From a virus (lineage: Duplodnaviria; Caudoviricetes): a stretch of DNA of 44,837 nucleotides. Below the pieces are notes generated by a model that was not told where the DNA came from, searched no databases, and saw only the letters and a list, made by a program, of their open reading frames with translations. The translations under genes were made by a program, and so were the position numbers. This document shows positions 1 through 7,076 of this stretch, one piece after another; position 1 is the stretch's first letter, and each line of letters opens with the position of its first letter. The stretch is from positions 1 to 44,837 of IMG/VR virus record IMGVR_UViG_3300025018_000230; one strand, given 5' to 3'.

Positions 1-123
1 GCTTACCGAACGCTGCAAGAGTTGACAACCGCGACAAACAATTCCGCTTCGGGCAACAGGATAAATCTGGACCTTGCCAAATTAACCAGCGTAACACTGT
101 TTTTGGCGCTTAATACCGGCCCG
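1..123. repeat. Terminal direct repeat, left copy (circular assembly overlap)
   Basis: 1-123 matches 44715-44837 except two G/A differences (105/44819 and 108/44822). It lies inside a continuous ORF. Confidence 0.95.
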
Positions 124-417
124 TTTCTTCTGGACCATGCGGGAACCGGATCGCCGGAAGGCTCGCTTGTTGCAGGCCCCGGATCGATATGGCGCAGAAC
201 AGACGGCGCCGCAGGAACAACACTTTACATAAAAGAGACCGGCAATTCAAACACCGGCTGGCGGCAAATGGGTAAGGCAGCAGCACCTACCACCACTTAT
301 GCAGCGCCCACTGGCGGGGCAACCACAGACGCTGAGTGCCGCGCTTCACTGGCGCAACTGGCGAGCGATGTGGCGGACCTCAAGACCAAACTCGCAGCTG
401 CGGTGCTGACAGCGTGA
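1..417 (+). CDS. C-terminal part of tailspike (continues from 43053 across the join)
   Basis: Same frame as 43053-44837 through the repeat. Contains the GSPEGSLVAGPGSIWRRTDG...LYIKETG...GW motif typical of phage fibres/spikes and a terminal amphipathic helix. Confidence 0.85.
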   Translation, partial: AYRTLQELTTATNNSASGNRINLDLAKLTSVTLFLALNTGPFLLDHAGTGSPEGSLVAGPGSIWRRTDGAAGTTLYIKETGNSNTGWRQMGKAAAPTTTYAAPTGGATTDAECRASLAQLASDVADLKTKLAAAVLTA

Positions 418-509
418 TCGAGACCCTAGCCCCTTGGGCCACGGCAGGCATTAGCGGCGGCGGCGTCTTTCTGGCGATCAAGAAAAAAGGTGATTGGCTC
501 CATGAATGA
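414..509 (+). CDS. 31-aa hydrophobic peptide, possibly a truncated membrane-protein remnant
   Basis: GTGA overlap with tailspike stop. Translates as MIETLAPWATAGISGGGVFLAIKKKGDWLHE. Confidence 0.4.
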   Translation: MIETLAPWATAGISGGGVFLAIKKKGDWLHE

Positions 510-756
510 TACAATTAAGGCTGTTCGGAAATCCCTGACCCTGACTGAGATTGGGCTGATTGTCTCGCTGCTGACGTCGGCCGGTGTGGCCGTTTTTACG
601 TTTGGAGTTATCTATGGGCAAGTTGAGAGCAACAGCAGTCGCCTGAATGTGATCGAGCCCAAGGTTGATGGGGTGGTTTCCCGCATTGAGCGCATTGACG
701 CTAACGTAGGATTCTTAACTGAACTCGCAAAAGAAGAACGTAGACGCCATAAATAA
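502..756 (+). CDS. Single-TM plus coiled-coil protein (holin/antiholin-like)
   Basis: Hydrophobic IGLIVSLLTSAGVAVFTFGVIY followed by a heptad-like tail. Immediately upstream of the endolysin. Confidence 0.6.
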   Translation: MNDTIKAVRKSLTLTEIGLIVSLLTSAGVAVFTFGVIYGQVESNSSRLNVIEPKVDGVVSRIERIDANVGFLTELAKEERRRHK

Positions 757-767
757 AAGGATAAGCC

Positions 768-1412
768 ATGACGACTTTGAAGGACATTCAGCGGCGCGTC
801 GGGGTCACCCCGGATGGGCTATGGGGACCGGCTACCGCGGACGCAATCTGGAACGCCCTGCCGCCTGAAGAGCCGCGCGAACTGGACAAGCAGGCGTTTT
901 ATGCCGCTGTCCGCGCCATCACCGGCGGTCTCAACGATACCCAGGTTGCCAGCATCGAGGCCATATTGAACCGCACAGCATCCCTGCCCGTCCAGCAGAC
1001 GGCCTATATTCTGGCGACAGCGTGGCATGAAGCGCGATTTGAGCCTCAGCGCGAGTGGGGCAAGGGCAAGGGCCGTCCCTACGCTAAAAACGGGAAATAC
1101 GGGCAATCTCAATATGGGCGGGGTTTGGTGCAGCTCACTTGGGACCGCAACTATGAATGGGCAGACAAGCGGCTGGGCCTGAACGGCGCGCTCCTGAAAG
1201 ATTTCGATCTTGCCTTGCGTCCCGATATTGCTGCCGATGTTCTGATCTATGGAATGCTCGAGGGTGCGTTTGCATCGAACGGAAAACCGCTCGGGCATTA
1301 TCAGAAGGGCGATGCGTTCGATTATGTCAAGGCGAGGCAGACCGTCAACGTGATGGACAAGGCCGCATTGATCGCTGGTCATGCCGAGAAGTTTGAAGCG
1401 GCGCTGCGATGA
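768..1412 (+). CDS. Endolysin, GH19/chitinase-like with short N-terminal peptidoglycan-binding element
   Basis: IQRRVGVTPDGLWGPAT PG-binding-like motif; AYILATAWHE, YGRGLVQLTW and NY GH19 motifs; SD AAGGA. Confidence 0.85.
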   Translation: MTTLKDIQRRVGVTPDGLWGPATADAIWNALPPEEPRELDKQAFYAAVRAITGGLNDTQVASIEAILNRTASLPVQQTAYILATAWHEARFEPQREWGKGKGRPYAKNGKYGQSQYGRGLVQLTWDRNYEWADKRLGLNGALLKDFDLALRPDIAADVLIYGMLEGAFASNGKPLGHYQKGDAFDYVKARQTVNVMDKAALIAGHAEKFEAALR

Positions 1413-1774
1413 CCGATCGCATCACAAGATTAACGGCATGGCTCGGCAAGCCGTTTCACGCAATGGCTCGCGGGCTGATGGTATTGGTCAACCTGTCCGG
1501 CAAGCAAATGCGGGCTTTGTTTTCGCTGGCCATGATTGGTGGGATGATCGCAAGCAGTTTCCAGAATGTATATTATCTAGTGCTGGCCAAAGATGCAGTC
1601 GAACGCGGCGAGCAATATTTGCCGCTGTTCGGCCTGATTGCCAAGCAGATCACGTTCAACAGTTATCTTATCGCATGGTTCGCGGGCATAATGGGGCTAA
1701 TCGTATTCGGCGCCGACTATTTCCGCGCCAAGCATGGTGAAACGGAAGTTGGCTTTGGGAAAGGAAAAGAGTGA
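1409..1774 (+). CDS. Membrane protein, putative holin
   Basis: Two to three hydrophobic segments and a charged C-terminus. ATGA overlap with the endolysin. Confidence 0.6.
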   Translation: MTDRITRLTAWLGKPFHAMARGLMVLVNLSGKQMRALFSLAMIGGMIASSFQNVYYLVLAKDAVERGEQYLPLFGLIAKQITFNSYLIAWFAGIMGLIVFGADYFRAKHGETEVGFGKGKE

Positions 1775-1887
1775 TGAAAGACACAGGCAAATATCTCGAC
1801 GACGCACTAGCCGCCATCGATCGCCACTGGAAAACCTTCGTGATTGGATTCCTGATCGGCGTGGGCATTGGCGTGGTGGTGCTGTGA
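1774..1887 (+). CDS. 37-aa single-TM peptide in lysis cassette
   Basis: MKDTGKYLDDALAAIDRHWKTFVIGFLIGVGIGVVVL, with TGATG coupling at both ends. Confidence 0.6.
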   Translation: MKDTGKYLDDALAAIDRHWKTFVIGFLIGVGIGVVVL

Positions 1888-2198
1888 TGGCGTTCCTAGC
1901 CCCGCTCTGGGCCGCTCTGGGCAAGGTTCCTTGGCAAGTCTGGGCAGCGACCGCGATCCTGCTGTCATATCCGCCCGTCTATTGCAAGGGCCGTTCGGAT
2001 GGCAAGGCGGCTATCTACGCCAAGCTGGAAAAGGCGGAAGAGAAAGCAATTGCAAGGGCTGAAAAAGCGGCAACGTCTGCGGATGAAAATCAACAGGCAA
2101 AATCCGAAGTGTTCGAGGCCGAACAGGAAACATTGAGAAAGGCGATTGATGATGCACAAGCCAATGATGCTAATGCTCTTGACAGCATTTTTAACTAG
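1887..2198 (+). CDS. Inner-membrane spanin (Rz-like)
   Basis: N-terminal TM followed by an Ala/Glu/Lys coiled coil. Overlaps a downstream lipoprotein gene. Confidence 0.7.
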   Translation: MAFLAPLWAALGKVPWQVWAATAILLSYPPVYCKGRSDGKAAIYAKLEKAEEKAIARAEKAATSADENQQAKSEVFEAEQETLRKAIDDAQANDANALDSIFN

Positions 2199-2454
2199 TT
2201 GCGGGCAACCGATAAAACTTAACCCCCCACCACCGCCAGCAGAGCGTCTTGTGTGCGCTGAGCTGCCAGCTAAGCCGGATGTGTTACCGCTGGTCGCTTT
2301 CGTCGCTGAGAACGGCGCTCTGGTCTATTCCAAGGCGGACGTTGATGCGAGGGATGTTTTGATTGCGGAGTATATTGTTGAGGTGAGAGGTAGTTGGTTC
2401 TCGTGTCATAGTCAGCTTGGGTGGAACCGTGATTATTTTGCTGCTCAGGAATAG
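2146..2454 (+). CDS. Outer-membrane spanin lipoprotein (Rz1-like)
   Basis: Signal peptide with lipobox FLTSC, Pro-rich segment, further Cys residues. Exact start uncertain (2146-2164). Confidence 0.75.
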   Translation: MMMHKPMMLMLLTAFLTSCGQPIKLNPPPPPAERLVCAELPAKPDVLPLVAFVAENGALVYSKADVDARDVLIAEYIVEVRGSWFSCHSQLGWNRDYFAAQE

Positions 2455-3666
2455 TTAATCCGCAGCCTTCGCTTTCGGTACGAAGCCATTCCCGCCCCCG
2501 GCAAATTGCTTCTCTAGCATCTGTGCCCGTTCCATTACGTCGAGTATACGATCGACACTGTGGGCGGGCACACGCTCTTGCAGGAACGCGATGATGAGAT
2601 GTTCTGGCACCGGCTTTTTACCTAGCTTGTGATGCTTTTGGTAAACGAAGTGGTAGCAATCTTCAATCGCCCTGGCATCTCCACCTATCTTCAGTGACTT
2701 GAAAATGTCCGGCATGTGGGCTTCGAGTTCGACTAGCCAGTCCAGGGCTTCCGCAAAATTTTCCATGGTTATTATCCGGTCGCTGTTGCAGGCGGCAGCA
2801 CTGATGATGCATAGCTTTAGCAGATGTGCTATGCGGCGCTGGCGATAAGTGACTAGCTTCGGATGCTCCGGTACAGGCGGGCCACCGGCGCGACCCCAAG
2901 CGTTAAGCGCCTCTTGCGTTTCCAGATCGACTTCCAGTTCCCCGTACATTTTATAGATGTCCTTGAGGTCGGTCTCGAGGGATGCGTATAGCTTACCGTC
3001 TACGTCTAACTCGGCGAAGAGATCAGTGAACGCTGTTTCGCCGGAGTAGACGAGTAGGATGCGGGACATGAAGCCCTGTTCCCACGCGCCTTCGGGCAGC
3101 AGGTTCATGAGCTGCGCTGGTGTGGTTGCGCTGAGCAGGTTTAACTGTGTATTGGGTATGTCCAGCTTGGTGTTACCTGTGCGTCGGCTCTCCGCATAGC
3201 GTCCGCAATCCCACAGGTCGGTGAGGGTATTCATAAACTCGGCCTCCCACGAAGGGAGGAACACGCCGAACTCGTTAGCGACGATCTGCAGGGAATTGAA
3301 CTGCACCACGCTAGGCGTTTCCATAGGGCGGACAATGCGCCGGTTGGCCTCGTCCAGGCGGTCGATCAGGGACGCTTTGGTGACGGACGTAGGGGCTATG
3401 AAGAACGGAGTCTCGGGGGTGCGAAGGCTGTCGAGCAGGTCGTGCGCAACGCGGGTGCATAGGGACTTACCCACACCAGCCGGTCCGGTTAAGATGATGT
3501 ATTCATTTGGGAACAGCTGGCCTTTGGTTGTGGTGATCCAGCACTTGCGCTCAAGTGCAGCAGCCACGATGAAGATAGCTGTCCACTTTCGGTAAAGGCG
3601 AGGACTGCCACGACCTTCCGTGTAGTCGAGGAAACCGTCGACAAATGAGTTCAATTTTCTCGCCAC
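2455..3666 (-). CDS. DUF3987-like AAA+ NTPase, putative replicative helicase
   Basis: Walker A GPAGVGKS, Walker B-like IVANEF, LWD, SATTP and GFMSR motifs. GTG start overlaps the polymerase stop. Confidence 0.7.
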   Translation of the reverse strand: MARKLNSFVDGFLDYTEGRGSPRLYRKWTAIFIVAAALERKCWITTTKGQLFPNEYIILTGPAGVGKSLCTRVAHDLLDSLRTPETPFFIAPTSVTKASLIDRLDEANRRIVRPMETPSVVQFNSLQIVANEFGVFLPSWEAEFMNTLTDLWDCGRYAESRRTGNTKLDIPNTQLNLLSATTPAQLMNLLPEGAWEQGFMSRILLVYSGETAFTDLFAELDVDGKLYASLETDLKDIYKMYGELEVDLETQEALNAWGRAGGPPVPEHPKLVTYRQRRIAHLLKLCIISAAACNSDRIITMENFAEALDWLVELEAHMPDIFKSLKIGGDARAIEDCYHFVYQKHHKLGKKPVPEHLIIAFLQERVPAHSVDRILDVMERAQMLEKQFAGGGNGFVPKAKAAD

Positions 3667-5267
3667 TAAAGGTCCAGTGCGCTTAACTTGAATGATGCTT
3701 CTTGGCGGCGGCGAGTTTCTTCGCCCTTCCATTTCTTCAGTCCGTCGGGATTGTCGTCAGCGTAGTACCCCCAATTCCACCCGAGCATTGCTTCTGTGCC
3801 TACGGTGAACATGCGACCTTCGCGTAGGGGCATGACAGTGCTGAGGGCTTCGAGAGCAAGGGGGACAACCTCGGCGATACGCCGTTCGTCGAATTGGAAC
3901 AAGATGCTGTCGTGAACCTGAACGAGTAAGTCCACTGCGCCGGTGCGCCATAGGCGGAGTAGGCCGCGGTTCAGTTCGTCTGCTGTCATGGACTGGCCCA
4001 TGTCAGCCACAGCTTCACGTTGCGTATTCCCTGCATCAGGCCGATCGAAGAAGAACCTGCGGCGGCCAAGCGGGGTGGTTAAGCATGACGTTGCGGCCAG
4101 CTCGTCGATAATGATTTGTTGCACGGCGGGGATGCAAGGGAAGGCGTTAAAGTATGCGGTCTGGAATTCCTTTACCAGCGTGGTTGGCAGGCGGGAATGC
4201 TTCGCCATCGTCGGCGGGGTGCCGAGGTAGTTGCTACCGTGACCGAGGACTTTGGAAACATCTCGGTGGGATTTATTTTTGAACGCTACTCGATCAGCGA
4301 TTTCACGGTCAGGGGCTTCACCCCACGGTAGGTCTGGTTGAGCCATGCCCGTAACGGTCGTGTGCAGGTCTCCGGACTCGCAAGCATCCAGATAGGCTCC
4401 GGCGAACTCGGCACCGATCGGCCCTTTCCAAGGTAGCTTCGGGTTCCAGTGCGGCGTCTTTTTGCTGCGCCTGCGGAGCAGGTCAGTGATGCGGTCGGCG
4501 TCTGCGGTGAGCAACTTCTCCCAGGCAAGTGCGCCCATGTTCCTGCTATCTGCTTGTTCAAGGTCAATGTTGCAAAGAATTTTTCCGGGGTCTGCAACGA
4601 ACACGCTGCGTAGCGCGGAGGTTACGTTCTGAAGATTGGTGCCAGTGCCGAAGTCGCTTTCGCTTGACGCGAAGCGTCCGGTGTTTGTGCCTGCGATGTT
4701 GAAGCGGGTTCGCATCCTGCCGTCGGTGTCAACCTTGGTCCGAAGGAACCCGAGCATCTTGCCGAGACCGCGAAGGGCGAGCAGGTGGTTGCACAGGGGT
4801 TCCCCAAGGAAGTGCATGGACAGGCGTTCGAGTGCTTTCTCGTCTGTGCTTGGTGCGAAGATACCGTTGGCATTACGCTTCTTCTGGACTGGCAAGCCGA
4901 GGACATCGTAGAAAAGGTTCTTGCACTGGACAGGGGATCGCCAGTTGTCGAAGTCTTTCATGCCCACGCCCTCGTGGACGATGGTGTAGAATTGTTCCTC
5001 GATGCGGGCGAGTTGTTCCTCGAATTGTTTGACGACGGTGTACTTCCGGCGCTGGTTCACGCGGATGCCGCGCAGGTTCATTTCGAGGATCGGTGCTTGC
5101 AGTGCGAGGGACAGCTCGTAAGTAGCACGGCTGGTATCATCGAGTTGTTCCTCCAATACCCCGTCAATCTCAAGCGTCAGGCAATTGTCGAGTCCGTTGT
5201 AGACCCAATAGCTGTCGTCAGGGTTGAGGGTTGAGAGGTCATCGGTGGCTGTGTTGATTACTCTCAT
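3666..5267 (-). CDS. polA: Family A DNA polymerase (ExoIII motif plus polymerase domain)
   Basis: TGRFAS, NLQN, motif A DLEQADSR, motif B RDVSKVLGHGSNY, motif C QVHDS; N-terminal YNGLD ExoIII-like motif. Confidence 0.95.
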   Translation of the reverse strand: MRVINTATDDLSTLNPDDSYWVYNGLDNCLTLEIDGVLEEQLDDTSRATYELSLALQAPILEMNLRGIRVNQRRKYTVVKQFEEQLARIEEQFYTIVHEGVGMKDFDNWRSPVQCKNLFYDVLGLPVQKKRNANGIFAPSTDEKALERLSMHFLGEPLCNHLLALRGLGKMLGFLRTKVDTDGRMRTRFNIAGTNTGRFASSESDFGTGTNLQNVTSALRSVFVADPGKILCNIDLEQADSRNMGALAWEKLLTADADRITDLLRRRSKKTPHWNPKLPWKGPIGAEFAGAYLDACESGDLHTTVTGMAQPDLPWGEAPDREIADRVAFKNKSHRDVSKVLGHGSNYLGTPPTMAKHSRLPTTLVKEFQTAYFNAFPCIPAVQQIIIDELAATSCLTTPLGRRRFFFDRPDAGNTQREAVADMGQSMTADELNRGLLRLWRTGAVDLLVQVHDSILFQFDERRIAEVVPLALEALSTVMPLREGRMFTVGTEAMLGWNWGYYADDNPDGLKKWKGEETRRRQEASFKLSALDL

Positions 5268-5611
5268 GCGGAAGGGACTCCGCAAGCGGCGGGGTCAAAG
5301 TATACTGTGGGTATTTCATCGAATAAAGCTTTAGCACGTTCTGCTGTAACGCCCGCCGATTTTTCCCACCCGTCTAAACGCAAAACCCATAATGCATCTG
5401 CCATCGCCAGCATGTGCATGTTCATATCTTGCCAGAAAGCGAAGTCGCCGGGCAGTTCATGCAACAGGGATAAAGGATGAAAATGAAGGATCGGGCTGTA
5501 AATCATATGGCCCTGCTGAAGCAGACAAGCTGCGGCACCGGCTACCAGTTCAAAACGGCGCTGCATTACCGCTGGATCACTGTCTGTGTAAGGCGAAGCT
5601 AGATAGATCAT
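5264..5611 (-). CDS. DUF1937 / nucleoside 2-deoxyribosyltransferase-like protein
   Basis: MIYLASPY...YSPI.H.H...W..S.GV..E pattern of NDT-like fold proteins. Confidence 0.7.
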   Translation of the reverse strand: MIYLASPYTDSDPAVMQRRFELVAGAAACLLQQGHMIYSPILHFHPLSLLHELPGDFAFWQDMNMHMLAMADALWVLRLDGWEKSAGVTAERAKALFDEIPTVYFDPAACGVPSA

Positions 5612-5961
5612 GCGAAATATTCCTTCAATTTTTCTCTTATATGTTCAAGCCGTGCAGCGCCTATGCCGGGCAGGGCGAGTAGTTCCCTGTCGGATAAAGC
5701 GAACAGTTTCCCGGTGCGCTTCACCTTCCGCTGGCCGAGGATTACGCGCACAGCGTAGTCAATGCCGGTGTCGTATAGCGGGACGCTTAGCTGATTGTGC
5801 TGGCGGCGCAGTTCCTTCACCATGTTCAAGCTGGTTGCCATGCGGTAGGCGACATCGTGGTTGGACAGGTGCTGAAGTTTGCGGAATTGGCGGAGTTCTT
5901 GGCGGACGAGTTCCGCGCCAGTCACGCGATCGTCTTCGCGGTCAGCGAAAAAGTCAGTCAT
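5608..5961 (-). CDS. HTH-like plus RNAP alpha-CTD-like (HhH) protein
   Basis: C-terminal LFALSDRELLALPGIGAARLEHIREKL resembles alpha-CTD/HhH. N-terminal LSNHDVAYRMATSLNMVKE is HTH-like. Confidence 0.5.
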   Translation of the reverse strand: MTDFFADREDDRVTGAELVRQELRQFRKLQHLSNHDVAYRMATSLNMVKELRRQHNQLSVPLYDTGIDYAVRVILGQRKVKRTGKLFALSDRELLALPGIGAARLEHIREKLKEYFA

Positions 5962-6925
5962 GTTTCATTCCTTTCCCCATCTGTTTCCATGAGGGTTCGT
6001 CTGTGTATAGCGATGCGAGGAAGCCGAGGCCCTTGTCCATTTCAGGTTGTAGCGCATGGTGCATCAGCATGGTGTCGGAGACCGCAAGCGGTGCTGGTAT
6101 TCCATAGACCCGCCAAAGGAAGCTCATATCATAGATACCATTTTGATATACTGTGGGGTAGTCGCGCAACCAACGCGCTATGATTTCCCAAGCGGCCAGT
6201 TCTTCTTCCCGCGTCTGCCAGTAGTTGCTGCCATTGTGCCGGAAAAAGGGGATGACGATTGCGCGGGATGGGTCAGGGCTGAAGCCGATGCAAGTAATCT
6301 GCTCTTGCTTTGTCTCGATGTCGCAGGCCAGCTTCGCTGTGGTGAAGTGCTCCTTCTCGAAAGCGAGGAGCTCAGGGATTGTGTCGGGTATGTAGATGCG
6401 GCGCTCGGGTCGGACGTATTCGGGGAAGGCCGATTGTGCCACGGCTTTCTGTAGGTCAGCTATGACGATCGGACGGAGTGTCCACTGGCGGACGACAGCG
6501 CCTGGGTCGTAGGTGGGAAGCACTTTCACTCCGGCGGTGCTAAGTCGGCAGACTCCTCTGGCGGCTTTGATCCCCATTTCTCCTGTGAGTGCCCAGAGGG
6601 CAGTAGCCCCCAACGCAACAATGATATTCGGGTTTGCTGCATTGAGTGTTTCATCCAGCCGTTTAAGTTCATTGGCGTATTCTGCTCTAACATATTTCCC
6701 TCGCTGCAGTGGCGGGCGCCCAGGCACCCCCTGTTTCTTCGTGCCGCAAAGGGACTTAACATTTCCTCCCTTGGGCACTAGGTTAAACACAACTGTGGTG
6801 AAACATTCCCGTCGAGCAATGCCCGCAGCAGCCAGCAACTTATCCAGATGCCAGCCGGTTACGCCGGAGAAAGCTTCGCCATCGTCTAGGTCATTAAGCG
6901 CCTCACCGACTAGGGCTATTTTCAT
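5954..6925 (-). CDS. Uracil-DNA glycosylase-like domain fused to DnaQ-like 3'-5' exonuclease (ExoI and ExoII)
   Basis: IALVGEA...F.G..G..L, IIVALGATA and PTYDP resemble family-4 UDG. ACDIET (ExoI), QNGIYD (ExoII), DTMLMHH. Confidence 0.85.
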   Translation of the reverse strand: MKIALVGEALNDLDDGEAFSGVTGWHLDKLLAAAGIARRECFTTVVFNLVPKGGNVKSLCGTKKQGVPGRPPLQRGKYVRAEYANELKRLDETLNAANPNIIVALGATALWALTGEMGIKAARGVCRLSTAGVKVLPTYDPGAVVRQWTLRPIVIADLQKAVAQSAFPEYVRPERRIYIPDTIPELLAFEKEHFTTAKLACDIETKQEQITCIGFSPDPSRAIVIPFFRHNGSNYWQTREEELAAWEIIARWLRDYPTVYQNGIYDMSFLWRVYGIPAPLAVSDTMLMHHALQPEMDKGLGFLASLYTDEPSWKQMGKGMKHD

Positions 6926-7076
6926 TGCGTGACTCCTTGCTCAGAATTTCTAATGCTACCATATATGCGCGGGTCATGTCAAGCAGTTCTTCGAGGAGTA
7001 GCTGCTCGGGGCTGAAGGAGCTTATAGATGCCTGTTTTCGCATACGCTCCGCCAGCATTTCCGGGTGTGTTTTCAT
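6903..7076 (-). CDS. Hypothetical protein
   Basis: 57-aa ORF with ATGA coupling to the methyltransferase; fills the gap in the operon. Confidence 0.55.
   Translation of the reverse strand: MKTHPEMLAERMRKQASISSFSPEQLLLEELLDMTRAYMVALEILSKESRNENSPSR

Noticed and set aside
1-123. Biological direct terminal repeat (T7-like)
   Set aside because: It interrupts a continuous tailspike ORF, so it is better explained as a circular assembly overlap.
5264-5961. Intron or intein interrupting the polymerase
   Set aside because: The interval is fully occupied by two coupled ORFs without homing-endonuclease motifs, and no intein terminal residues (C/S...HN) are seen.
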